DNA of 64,000 nt from Eledone cirrhosa (taxonomy: Eukaryota): the NCBI GenBank assembly GCA_964016885.1, contig OZ024765.1, forward strand, positions 10,912,001 through 10,976,000, read 5' to 3'. The position numbers and the translations under genes are program-made. Each line of letters starts with the position of its first letter. Positions within the stretch are counted from its first letter, which is position 1. Of this stretch, positions 36,901-51,900 are shown in pieces. The notes under the pieces were generated by a model, which worked only from the letters and a program-made list of their open reading frames with translations, searched no databases and was not told where the DNA came from.

Positions 36901-39900
36901 CAATGACTCCGTCTGTAATAATGTTCTCTTATTTGAAATATGTCATACCTAACTCCCGTGTCTGTGTGTGTGAAAAATATTCCAACTTAGAGCGACGTGC
37001 CCGTAAATTGTTTAGCCTGATTCCTATATATAGATAATGTGTAATATTTGAACCTTCATGGAGGGTCTTTGCCGTAATTTCCCGTAACTCCGACTAGAAG
37101 TCATTATGTAGTTTTTTCGTCCGTTAAAAATAATGATTAAAACAATTCTATATCCACAGTTATATACACCTCTTCATCACATATTATATTATTTCCACCA
37201 ATAACTACATTATATCCTTAAATATGACACAAAGACATATAATTTGTAAATAAAAGATAAAATATTAAAACCTCAATTTTTAAATAATTTTAACCCACCT
37301 TTGTGTTCTCAGTGTTTAGATTAACCAATAATTTTATGATTTTGGAGCATATAACTTATAGTACCAGTCATGTACTGGGATCAATTTAACGGATTGGTTC
37401 CTCCCCGCAAATTGCTTGACTTTTGCCTAAGTAAGACATACTCACAGAATGTATCGATGTATATGTATGAATGTATATATATATATTAGTATATTTTATG
37501 TTTACAATAAAAATAGACAAACAATTTAATGATAATATGAAATGAAATTATTATTTATTAATAATATTTTTATTGTTTTCACTGCATTAACTTCCGAGTG
37601 TGACTTTGTTTTTCTTACTATTTTCTACTGTAAATGGCGGCTTAATTGGATCATTACTAAGGTTTACTGGTTTGTGGTGTTTCTTTATTGTTTTATATTT
37701 CAATCAGTGGACATCAGGATAGCTTTCTATATACCTGGGATAAATGTAAAGAGTACTGACTTTCATCTGCAGTTCAATGGTGATGTCTTCTTATATTTTC
37801 ATTTACTTCTGCAATACTGTATATTGTAGTCTTTTCATTATTTTAAATATTTCTATCATGTCACTCGTTTGATATATCTCCCCGAAAGATATAGTTATTC
37901 AGAGCTTTACATTGGAATAGTGTACTACTATTTAAATATTAGTCCTTTAAATATATATTTCTATCATGTCCCCCCCCCCACCTTCTTTGATTTATCTCCT
38001 CTAAATTTGCAATCCCTAAAGTTTAACATCTTTCTTCAGAAGACAGATTTCTTAATAATTCTGGTGTTTTCTGTTTTGTTCTTTTCTGGACTCCTTCAAT
38101 AGCTTCTCCGTATTTTCTGAAGTCGTCTGACCATGCCCCAAAACAATATTCTAGGTCGTATCACACATATCATTCAACTAGTGTTTTAGACCTCTCGACA
38201 TTTAGCTTGGCAAAGGAATGTTTTATTATTCCTATCATCTGAATTCCTTTTTTTTCTTCAACATGTTTAGCCATCTTTAAAATCATATTCATACATATTC
38301 ACAATTCCTCGTGGAGGGGTATAAGAGACATGTATAAATATAGCTGCATATTACTACAAAATAACTTGAACCATATCGCGAAACATTTTGTAAAGTATCT
38401 CTGTAATTATTCTCATTTCGATTTTCTGTAGAATGTATTGACGTTTAAGATAGAGACAATTGCCCTTCTTCTAATAATCTCTTTGTCCATTCCATGTTTA
38501 GTCTCACAAAATATTGTTAATGCAAGATTTTGCTCTAATGTAATAAATGTTACTTTTAAAAGACCGAAGATCTCAATTTTCTTCTTTCTCTTGTATATTG
38601 ATATCTAAAGGATGACAAATGTATGAATTATGTGATAGGGAGGAAAAAAGCCACGACCTTCTTCTCTCGTTACAGAAGGCTAACTGACAACGTCTTTCGC
38701 AGGAGTGACTAGTACTACTGCCTTTTATATACCGTGACAACTGGAAAGACGTGACAAATAAGGATACACTCTGCTCTCCTTATCAACATTGTCCGAGTCT
38801 GAGGACCTTTCCTCCCTGGTTAAGGAGTGAGATAAAATATTAGGGATCAATCTCTAGCAATAATTTTTATCTAATTATTATCAAACAAAACAGATTTATA
38901 TATTGTCGCCGTTGTACGTTAAAATCGCATATATATTTATATACACACCAAGGATGGAGGGACGACGGAATTGAAAACGATTATTGCTGAGTACATCACG
39001 GCAAGATCTAATCTAATAGACACACACACTCTCCCGTATATATTTAATAATCAGCTATGACCATGAAGAAGGTCCCTGTAGATCATCTAATGATCCCGAA
39101 AGAAAGTGAAAATATATTTTATGAAAGCCCCAGAAGAATAAATGTAAACATTGACTCGATTATAGTAGAAATAACAATGAGAAAGCCATGAACGCCAGCA
39201 CATCTATTTTGCTTGGAAATTGAAAGTAGGTTTATAAATATAAATTTTTTCTTATGTTCTTGTATCTGTTTCGTTGGCCTAATGGTAGGTGTTAGAGACT
39301 GATGTGGTGTTCAATCTCAGTCCGAATCTGTACTATATATTTTTAAATTTAAATTTTTCTCTAGCAAAGTAAAAAATGAAATTATTACCTATAGACTTTG
39401 ACTGAGATCGAAACCCAGAGCAGCTTCTCCACCGTCTCTAATACCTACCATTAGGCCACGGAGACAGATATAAAAACAGTGTGAAAATTAATATTTATAA
39501 AGTTACTTTTTTATTTTTGTTTTATACTATAAAAAATATAGTACGACACACTGCCAGTGATTGAACCCCGGACCTGGACCTCCACCGGCTCTTATACTTA
39601 CCACTAGGCTAAAGGGACGGTTACGGAAACTTACTGAAAATTGATATTTATAAACCTACTTTTTCATTACTAGAAAAAACCGGAAGTGAAGAAAATTGAA
39701 AAACATCTTCTTTTTCTTCCTCTGATTTTTTTTTAACCAAAATTTGGATTTAAGTCAGAGACGAGTTATCGTTCGTGGCAAAAATCAGAGGAAGAAAAAG
39801 AAGAAGTTTTTCAATTTTCTCCACTTCCGGTTTTTTCTAGTATAGGTAAGTAAATATTAATTTTCAAAAAATTTTTGTAACCGTCCCTGTGGCCTAATGG

Positions 39901-42900
39901 TAAGTACTAGAGACGGTGGAGATCCTGATTTAGGGTTCGATTTCCGTTAGGTTTTATACTAATAACTGCGTATTTGTTGCTTTTATTAAGTAAGATTTGA
40001 ACTCATAATGCTGTACTTTGTAGTAATGTCCCATATTATATTCAACATATTTTAATTAAAATTTTTTTTTTTTATAAAAGAAAGAACAAAAAACCTTATT
40101 GAAATTAAGAAATGAATTTTATTCAGTAAAGTTGTTTTTATTTTGTTTTCACTTCATTAACTGCTGAATACGTCTTTTGTTTTTGTTTTTGATTCTTTCT
40201 AACCATTGTTTACTGTGAATGGTGACTGCAACGAACCTGGATTATTACCAAGTTTCGCTGGATGATTGTATTATTTTGTTGTCAGTGGACATCTGGACAT
40301 CTATCTAAATACCTGGAATAAACACAAGGTGTGTGTTTTACGTAACATTTCATTTTAATGTCTGATGTTCCTGTATTTCACATTTAAAATGTAACCAAAA
40401 ATAAACAAGACAGGGACGCTACATCAAAATAAACCACACAGACGAGGTACGAATAATCTAAAATTAATTTTAACAAACTATAAACGATGTTTAAAGAGAG
40501 ACGAACATTAAAATAGGATTTCAAACAAACACGTAAACACAAAGACAATTACAGCCGCCATAATCTAATATCTGAAGATCAACATTTTTCACGATAGAAA
40601 TAAAACTAAATATGTAAAGTTTAGTGGCCCCTGATTTACTTGCTTTTAATTTCATTTTGATAATCTGTATTGTATTCTGTAGACATATATTTATGATTTT
40701 AATGATGAAATTTCCTCTTGTCTTTAAAAGATTATTACTTATAAAAATTATAATAGTCACCTCCTCCTCTCGATTAATATGTAGCTTACCCACAGGGGTT
40801 CCTCAACTGGGCGGTTTCAACTGTTGGGTGGGCGATGAGCAGCTGAACAGAAAATTGAGGGCCATTGGAAACTTTGGTGGCCGATATAGAATTTTGAGAT
40901 TTAAGAAGGTATGCTACCCGAAAACCTATTCAAGGAATATATGCAAAGAACCTGAATAAAAATCAGGAAGCTAATTGGGAAAATTAAACCAGGAACAAAC
41001 ATTTACGAAACATATTTGGTATACTTTGGAATATTTACTATACAGGTGGCTGGTGGAACATTTTTTCATGTGAATGTGGGAAATGACGCCAAAATATTTG
41101 GCAACCCTTGGCTTACACCTTACTAAATGTTCTGGAGACAAGCCTCTTAGCTATATATCATAGTTCTTCAATCCTTCATCTTCCACAGTTGGTGAAGTAT
41201 TTCGATTTGATATGACGATCGCAGAGTTAGATTTAGGACGTGGTGGCGTTCATGGGTTTCTTAGTGTTGTTACTAGAAAGGGTCGACTCTGTCTTTCACA
41301 CTTCAGGTTTATTCATGAATTAAATATCCATTTTCTTTCTGATCGGTCTAACGATGATTTCAACCTACAATGACTCCGTCTGTAATAATGTTCTCTTATT
41401 TGAAATATGTCATACCTAACTCCCGTGTCTGTGTGTGTGAAAAATATTCCAACTTAGAGCGACGTGCCCGTAAATTGTTTAGCCTGATTCCTATATATAG
41501 ATAATGTGTAATATTTGAACCTTCATGGAGGGTCTTTGCCGTAATTTCCCGTAACTCCGACTAGAAGTCATTATGTAGTTTTTTCGTCCGTTAAAAATAA
41601 TGATTAAAACAATTCTATATCCACAGTTATATACACCTCTTCATCACATATTATATTATTTCCACCAATAACTACATTATATCCTTAAATATGACACCAA
41701 GACATATAATTTGTAAATAAAAGATAAAATATTAAAACCTCAATTTTTAAATAATTTTAACCCACCTTTGTGTTCTCAGTGTTTAGATTAACCAATAATT
41801 TTATGATTTTGGAGCATATAACTTATAGTACCAGTCATGTACTGGGATCAATTTAACGGATTGGTTCCTCCCCGCAAATTACTTGACTTTTGCCTAAGTA
41901 AGACATACTCACAGAATGTATCGATGTATATGTATGAATGTATATATATATATTAGTATATTTTATGTTTACAATAAAAATAGACAAACAAGTTAATGAT
42001 AATATGAAATGAAATTATTATTATTTATTAATAATATTTTTATTGTTTTCACTGCATTAACTTCTGAGTGTGACTTTGTTTTTCTTACTATTTTCTACTG
42101 TAAATGGCGGCTTAATTGGATTATTACTAAGGTTTACTGGATTGTGGTGTTTCTTTATTGTTTTATATTTCAATCAGTGGACATCAGGATAGCTTTCTAT
42201 ATACCTGGGATAAATGTAAAGAGTACTGACTTTCATCTGCAGTTCAATGGTGATGTCTTCTTATATTTTCATTTACTTCTGCAATACTGTATATTGTAGT
42301 CTTTTCATTATTTTAAATATTTCTATCATGTCACTCGTTTGATATATCTCCCCGAAAGATATAGTTATTCAGAGCCTTACATTGGAATAGTGTACTACTA
42401 TTTAAATATTAGTCCTTTAAATATATATTTCTATCATGTCCCCCCCCCCCCCACCTTCTTAGATTTATCTCCTCTAAATTTGCAATCCCTAAAGTTTAAC
42501 ATCTTTCTTCAGAAGACGATTTCTTAATAATTCTGGTGTTTTCTGTTTTGTTCTTTTCTGGACTCCTTCAATAGCTTCTCCGTATTTTCTGAAGTCGTCT
42601 GACCATGCCCCAAAACAATATTCTAGGTCGTATCACACATATCATTCAACTAGTGTTTTAGACCTCTCGACATTTAGCTAGGCAAAGGAATGTTTTATTA
42701 TTCCTATCATCTGAATTCCTTTTTTTTCTTCAACATGTTTAGCCATCTTTAAAATCATATTCATACATATTCACAATTCCTCGTGGATGGGTATAAGAGA
42801 CATGTATAAATATAGCTGCATATTACTACAAAATAACTTGAACCATATCGCGAAAGATTTTGTAAAGTATCTCTGTAATTATTCTCATTTCGATTTTCTG

Positions 42901-45900
42901 TAGAATGTATTGACGTTTAAGATAGAGACAATTGCCCTTCTTCTAATAATCTCTTTGTCCATTCCATGTTTAGTCTCACAAAATATTGTTAATGCAAGAT
43001 TTTGCTCTAATGTAATAAATGTTACTTTTAAAAGACCGAAGTTCTCAATTTTCTTCTTTCTCTTGTATATTGATATCTAAAGGATGACAAATGTATGAAT
43101 TATGTGATAGGGAGGAAAAAAGCCACGACCTTCTTCTCTCGTTACAGAAGGCTAACTGACAACGTCTTTCGCAGGAGTGACTAGTACTACTGCCTTTTAT
43201 ATACCGTGACAACTGGAAAGACATGACAAATAAGGATACACTCTGCTCTCCTTATCAACATTGTCCGAGTCTGAGGACCTTTCCTCCCTGGTTAAGGAGT
43301 GAGATAAAATATTAGGGATCAATCTCTAGCAATAATTTTTATCTAATTATTATCAAACAAAACAGATTTATATATTGTCGCCGTTGTACGTTAAAATCGC
43401 ATATATATTTATATACACACCAAGGATGGAGGGACGACAGAATTGAAAACGATTATTGCTGAGTACATCACGGCAAGATCTAATCTAATAGACACACACA
43501 CTCTCCCGTATATATTTAATAATCAGCTATGACCATGAAGAAGGTCCCTATAGATCATCTGGTTGTAGGATCTAATGAACCCGAAAGAAAGTGAAAATAT
43601 ATTTTATGAAAGCCCCAGAAGAATAAATGTAAACATTGACTCGATTATAGTAGAAATAACAATGAGAAAGCCATGAACGCCAGCACATCTATTTTGCTTG
43701 GAAATTGAAAGTAGGTTTATAAATATAAATTTTTTCTTATGTTCTTGTATCTGTTTCGTTGGCCTAATGGTAGGTGTTAGAGACTGATGTGGTGTTCAAT
43801 CTCAGTCCGAATCTGTACTATATATTTTTAAATTTAAATTTTTCTCTAGCAAAGTAAAAAATGAAATTATTACCTATAGACTTTGACTGAGATCGAAACC
43901 CAGAGCAGGTTCTCCACCGTCTCTAATACCTACCATTAGGCCACGGAGACAGAAATAAAAATAGCGTGAAAATTAATATTTATAAAGTTACTTTTTTATT
44001 TTTGTTTTATACTATAAAAAATATAATACGACACACTGCCAGCGATTGAACCCCGGACCTGGACCTCCACCGGCTCTTATACTTACCACTAGGCTAAAGG
44101 GACGGTTACGGAAACTTACTGAAAATAGATATTTATAAACCTACTTTTTCATTACTAGAAAAAACCGGAAGTGGAGAAAATTGAAAAACATCTTCTTTTT
44201 CTTCCTCTGATTTTTTTAAATCCAAAATTTGGATTTAAGTCAGAGACGAGTTATCGTTCGTGGCAAAAATCAGATGAAGAAAAAGAAAAAGTTTTTCAAT
44301 TTTCTCCACTTCCGGTTTTTTCTAGTATAGGTAAGTAAATATTAATTTTCAAAAAATTTTTGTAACCGTCCCTGTGGCCTAATGGTAAGTACTAGAGACG
44401 GTGGAGATCCTGATTTAGGGTTCGATTTCCGTTAGGTTTTATACTAATAACTGCGTATTTGTTGCTTTTATTAAGTAAGATTTGAACTAATAATGCTGTA
44501 CTTTGTAGTAATGTCCCATATTATATTCAACATATTTTAATTAAAATTTTTTTTTTTTTTTAAAAGAAAGAACAAAAAACCTTATTGAAATTAAGAAATG
44601 AATTTTATTCAGTAAAGTTGTTTTTATTTTGTTTTCACTTCATTAACTGCTGAATACGTCTTTTGTTTTTGTTTTTGATTCTTTCTAACCATTGTTTACT
44701 GTGAATGGTGACTGCAACGAACCTGGATTATTACCAAGTTTCGCTGGATGATTGTATTATTTTGTTGTCAGTGGACATCTGGACATCTATCTAAATACCT
44801 GGAATAAACACAAGGTGTGTGTTTTACGTAACATTTCATTTTAATGTCTGATGTTCCTGTATTTCACATTTAAAATGTAACCAAAAATAAACAAGACAGG
44901 GACGCTACATCAAAATAAACCACACAGACGAGGTACGAATAATCTAAAATTAATTTTAACAAACTATAAACGATGTTTAAAGAGAGACGAACATTAAAAT
45001 AGGATTTCAAACAAACACGTAAACACAAAGACAATTACAGCCGCCATAATCTAATATCTGAAGATCAACATTTTTCACGATAGAAATAAAACTAAATATG
45101 TAAAGTTTAGTGGCCCCTGATTTACTTGCTTTTAATTTCATTTTGATAATCTGTATTGTATTCTGTAGACATATATTTATGATTTTAATGATGAAATTTC
45201 CGCTTGTCTTTAAAAGATTATTACTTATAAAAATTATAATAGTCACCTCCTCCTCTCGATTAATATGTAGCTTACCCACAGGGGTTCCTCAACTGGGCGG
45301 TTTCAACTGTTGGGTGGGCGATGAGCAGCTGAACAGAAAATTGAGGGCCATTGGAAACTTTGGTGGCCGATATAGAATTTTGAGATTTAAGAAGGTATGC
45401 TACCCGAAAACCTATTCAAGGAATATATGCAAAGAACCTGAATAAAAATCAGGAAGCTAATTGGGAAAATTAAACCAGGAACAAACATTTACGAAACATA
45501 TTTGGTATACTTTGGAATATTTACTATACAGGTGGCTGGTGGAACATTTTTTCATGTGAATGTGGGAAATGACGCCAAAATATTTGGCAACCCTTGGCTT
45601 ACACCTTACTAAATGTTCTGGAGACAAGCCTCTTAGCTATATATCATAGTTCTTCAATCCTTCATCTTCCACAGTTGGTGAAGTATTTCGATTTGATATG
45701 ACGATCGCAGAGTTAGATTTAGGACGTGGTGGCGTTCATGGGTTTCTTAGTGTTGTTACTAGAAAGGGTCGACTCTGTCTTTCACACTTCAGGTTTATTC
45801 ATGAATTAAATATCCATTTTCTTTCTGATCGGTCTAACAATGATTTCAACCTACAATGACTCCGTCTGTAATAATGTTCTCTTATTTGAAATATGTCATA

Positions 45901-48900
45901 CCTAACTCCCGTGTCTGTGTGTGTGAAAAATATTCCAACTTAGAGCGACGTGCCCGTAAATTGTTTAGCCTGATTCCTATATATAGATAATGTGTAATAT
46001 TTGAACCTTCATGGAGGGTCTTTGCCGTAATTTCCCGTAACTCCGACTAGAAGTCATTATGTAGTTTTTTCGTCCGTTAAAAATAATGATTAAAACAATT
46101 CTATATCCACAGTTATATACACCTCTTCATCACATATTATATTATTTCCACCAATAACTACATTATATCCTTAAATATGACACAAAGACATATAATTTGT
46201 AAATAAAAGATAAAATATTAAAACCTCAATTTTTAAATAATTTTAACCCACCTTTGTGTTCTCAGTGTTTAGATTAACCAATAATTTTATGATTTTGGAG
46301 CATATAACTTATAGTACCAGTCATGTACTGGGATCAATTTAACGGATTGGTTCCTCCCCGCAAATTGCTTGACTTTTGCCTAAGTAAGACATACTCACAG
46401 AATGTATCGATGTATATGTATGAATGTATATATATATATTAGTATATTTTATGTTTACAATAAAAATAGACAAACAATTTAATGATAATATGAAATGAAA
46501 TTATTATTTATTAATAATATTTTTATTGTTTTCACTGCATTAACTTCCGAGTGTGACTTTGTTTTTCTTACTATTTTCTACTGTAAATGGCGGCTTAATT
46601 GGATCATTACTAAGGTTTACTGGTTTGTGGTGTTTCTTTATTGTTTTATATTTCAATCAGTGGACATCAGGATAGCTTTCTATATACCTGGGATAAATGT
46701 AAAGAGTACTGACTTTCATCTGCAGTTCAATGGTGATGTCTTCTTATATTTTCATTTACTTCTGCAATACTGTATATTGTAGTCTTTTCATTATTTTAAA
46801 TATTTCTATCATGTCACTCGTTTGATATATCTCCCCGAAAGATATAGTTATTCAGAGCTTTACATTGGAATAGTGTACTACTATTTAAATATTAGTCCTT
46901 TAAATATATATTTCTATCATGTCCCCCCCCCCACCTTCTTTGATTTATCTCCTCTAAATTTGCAATCCCTAAAGTTTAACATCTTTCTTCAGAAGACAGA
47001 TTTCTTAATAATTCTGGTGTTTTCTGTTTTGTTCTTTTCTGGACTCCTTCAATAGCTTCTCCGTATTTTCTGAAGTCGTCTGACCATGCCCCAAAACAAT
47101 ATTCTAGGTCGTATCACACATATCATTCAACTAGTGTTTTAGACCTCTCGACATTTAGCTTGGCAAAGGAATGTTTTATTATTCCTATCATCTGAATTCC
47201 TTTTTTTTCTTCAACATGTTTAGCCATCTTTAAAATCATATTCATACATATTCACAATTCCTCGTGGAGGGGTATAAGAGACATGTATAAATATAGCTGC
47301 ATATTACTACAAAATAACTTGAACCATATCGCGAAACATTTTGTAAAGTATCTCTGTAATTATTCTCATTTCGATTTTCTGTAGAATGTATTGACGTTTA
47401 AGATAGAGACAATTGCCCTTCTTCTAATAATCTCTTTGTCCATTCCATGTTTAGTCTCACAAAATATTGTTAATGCAAGATTTTGCTCTAATGTAATAAA
47501 TGTTACTTTTAAAAGACCGAAGATCTCAATTTTCTTCTTTCTCTTGTATATTGATATCTAAAGGATGACAAATGTATGAATTATGTGATAGGGAGGAAAA
47601 AAGCCACGACCTTCTTCTCTCGTTACAGAAGGCTAACTGACAACGTCTTTCGCAGGAGTGACTAGTACTACTGCCTTTTATATACCGTGACAACTGGAAA
47701 GACGTGACAAATAAGGATACACTCTGCTCTCCTTATCAACATTGTCCGAGTCTGAGGACCTTTCCTCCCTGGTTAAGGAGTGAGATAAAATATTAGGGAT
47801 CAATCTCTAGCAATAATTTTTATCTAATTATTATCAAACAAAACAGATTTATATATTGTCGCCGTTGTACGTTAAAATCGCATATATATTTATATACACA
47901 CCAAGGATGGAGGGACGACGGAATTGAAAACGATTATTGCTGAGTACATCACGGCAAGATCTAATCTAATAGACACACACACTCTCCCGTATATATTTAA
48001 TAATCAGCTATGACCATGAAGAAGGTCCCTGTAGATCATCTAATGATCCCGAAAGAAAGTGAAAATATATTTTATGAAAGCCCCAGAAGAATAAATGTAA
48101 ACATTGACTCGATTATAGTAGAAATAACAATGAGAAAGCCATGAACGCCAGCACATCTATTTTGCTTGGAAATTGAAAGTAGGTTTATAAATATAAATTT
48201 TTTCTTATGTTCTTGTATCTGTTTCGTTGGCCTAATGGTAGGTGTTAGAGACTGATGTGGTGTTCAATCTCAGTCCGAATCTGTACTATATATTTTTAAA
48301 TTTAAATTTTTCTCTAGCAAAGTAAAAAATGAAATTATTACCTATAGACTTTGACTGAGATCGAAACCCAGAGCAGCTTCTCCACCGTCTCTAATACCTA
48401 CCATTAGGCCACGGAGACAGATATAAAAACAGTGTGAAAATTAATATTTATAAAGTTACTTTTTTATTTTTGTTTTATACTATAAAAAATATAGTACGAC
48501 ACACTGCCAGTGATTGAACCCCGGACCTGGACCTCCACCGGCTCTTATACTTACCACTAGGCTAAAGGGACGGTTACGGAAACTTACTGAAAATTGATAT
48601 TTATAAACCTACTTTTTCATTACTAGAAAAAACCGGAAGTGAAGAAAATTGAAAAACATCTTCTTTTTCTTCCTCTGATTTTTTTTTAACCAAAATTTGG
48701 ATTTAAGTCAGAGACGAGTTATCGTTCGTGGCAAAAATCAGAGGAAGAAAAAGAAGAAGTTTTTCAATTTTCTCCACTTCCGGTTTTTTCTAGTATAGGT
48801 AAGTAAATATTAATTTTCAAAAAATTTTTGTAACCGTCCCTGTGGCCTAATGGTAAGTACTAGAGACGGTGGAGATCCTGATTTAGGGTTCGATTTCCGT

Positions 48901-51900
48901 TAGGTTTTATACTAATAACTGCGTATTTGTTGCTTTTATTAAGTAAGATTTGAACTCATAATGCTGTACTTTGTAGTAATGTCCCATATTATATTCAACA
49001 TATTTTAATTAAAATTTTTTTTTTTTATAAAAGAAAGAACAAAAAACCTTATTGAAATTAAGAAATGAATTTTATTCAGTAAAGTTGTTTTTATTTTGTT
49101 TTCACTTCATTAACTGCTGAATACGTCTTTTGTTTTTGTTTTTGATTCTTTCTAACCATTGTTTACTGTGAATGGTGACTGCAACGAACCTGGATTATTA
49201 CCAAGTTTCGCTGGATGATTGTATTATTTTGTTGTCAGTGGACATCTGGACATCTATCTAAATACCTGGAATAAACACAAGGTGTGTGTTTTACGTAACA
49301 TTTCATTTTAATGTCTGATGTTCCTGTATTTCACATTTAAAATGTAACCAAAAATAAACAAGACAGGGACGCTACATCAAAATAAACCACACAGACGAGG
49401 TACGAATAATCTAAAATTAATTTTAACAAACTATAAACGATGTTTAAAGAGAGACGAACATTAAAATAGGATTTCAAACAAACACGTAAACACAAAGACA
49501 ATTACAGCCGCCATAATCTAATATCTGAAGATCAACATTTTTCACGATAGAAATAAAACTAAATATGTAAAGTTTAGTGGCCCCTGATTTACTTGCTTTT
49601 AATTTCATTTTGATAATCTGTATTGTATTCTGTAGACATATATTTATGATTTTAATGATGAAATTTCCTCTTGTCTTTAAAAGATTATTACTTATAAAAA
49701 TTATAATAGTCACCTCCTCCTCTCGATTAATATGTAGCTTACCCACAGGGGTTCCTCAACTGGGCGGTTTCAACTGTTGGGTGGGCGATGAGCAGCTGAA
49801 CAGAAAATTGAGGGCCATTGGAAACTTTGGTGGCCGATATAGAATTTTGAGATTTAAGAAGGTATGCTACCCGAAAACCTATTCAAGGAATATATGCAAA
49901 GAACCTGAATAAAAATCAGGAAGCTAATTGGGAAAATTAAACCAGGAACAAACATTTACGAAACATATTTGGTATACTTTGGAATATTTACTATACAGGT
50001 GGCTGGTGGAACATTTTTTCATGTGAATGTGGGAAATGACGCCAAAATATTTGGCAACCCTTGGCTTACACCTTACTAAATGTTCTGGAGACAAGCCTCT
50101 TAGCTATATATCATAGTTCTTCAATCCTTCATCTTCCACAGTTGGTGAAGTATTTCGATTTGATATGACGATCGCAGAGTTAGATTTAGGACGTGGTGGC
50201 GTTCATGGGTTTCTTAGTGTTGTTACTAGAAAGGGTCGACTCTGTCTTTCACACTTCAGGTTTATTCATGAATTAAATATCCATTTTCTTTCTGATCGGT
50301 CTAACGATGATTTCAACCTACAATGACTCCGTCTGTAATAATGTTCTCTTATTTGAAATATGTCATACCTAACTCCCGTGTCTGTGTGTGTGAAAAATAT
50401 TCCAACTTAGAGCGACGTGCCCGTAAATTGTTTAGCCTGATTCCTATATATAGATAATGTGTAATATTTGAACCTTCATGGAGGGTCTTTGCCGTAATTT
50501 CCCGTAACTCCGACTAGAAGTCATTATGTAGTTTTTTCGTCCGTTAAAAATAATGATTAAAACAATTCTATATCCACAGTTATATACACCTCTTCATCAC
50601 ATATTATATTATTTCCACCAATAACTACATTATATCCTTAAATATGACACCAAGACATATAATTTGTAAATAAAAGATAAAATATTAAAACCTCAATTTT
50701 TAAATAATTTTAACCCACCTTTGTGTTCTCAGTGTTTAGATTAACCAATAATTTTATGATTTTGGAGCATATAACTTATAGTACCAGTCATGTACTGGGA
50801 TCAATTTAACGGATTGGTTCCTCCCCGCAAATTACTTGACTTTTGCCTAAGTAAGACATACTCACAGAATGTATCGATGTATATGTATGAATGTATATAT
50901 ATATATTAGTATATTTTATGTTTACAATAAAAATAGACAAACAAGTTAATGATAATATGAAATGAAATTATTATTATTTATTAATAATATTTTTATTGTT
51001 TTCACTGCATTAACTTCTGAGTGTGACTTTGTTTTTCTTACTATTTTCTACTGTAAATGGCGGCTTAATTGGATTATTACTAAGGTTTACTGGATTGTGG
51101 TGTTTCTTTATTGTTTTATATTTCAATCAGTGGACATCAGGATAGCTTTCTATATACCTGGGATAAATGTAAAGAGTACTGACTTTCATCTGCAGTTCAA
51201 TGGTGATGTCTTCTTATATTTTCATTTACTTCTGCAATACTGTATATTGTAGTCTTTTCATTATTTTAAATATTTCTATCATGTCACTCGTTTGATATAT
51301 CTCCCCGAAAGATATAGTTATTCAGAGCCTTACATTGGAATAGTGTACTACTATTTAAATATTAGTCCTTTAAATATATATTTCTATCATGTCCCCCCCC
51401 CCCCACCTTCTTAGATTTATCTCCTCTAAATTTGCAATCCCTAAAGTTTAACATCTTTCTTCAGAAGACGATTTCTTAATAATTCTGGTGTTTTCTGTTT
51501 TGTTCTTTTCTGGACTCCTTCAATAGCTTCTCCGTATTTTCTGAAGTCGTCTGACCATGCCCCAAAACAATATTCTAGGTCGTATCACACATATCATTCA
51601 ACTAGTGTTTTAGACCTCTCGACATTTAGCTAGGCAAAGGAATGTTTTATTATTCCTATCATCTGAATTCCTTTTTTTTCTTCAACATGTTTAGCCATCT
51701 TTAAAATCATATTCATACATATTCACAATTCCTCGTGGATGGGTATAAGAGACATGTATAAATATAGCTGCATATTACTACAAAATAACTTGAACCATAT
51801 CGCGAAAGATTTTGTAAAGTATCTCTGTAATTATTCTCATTTCGATTTTCTGTAGAATGTATTGACGTTTAAGATAGAGACAATTGCCCTTCTTCTAATA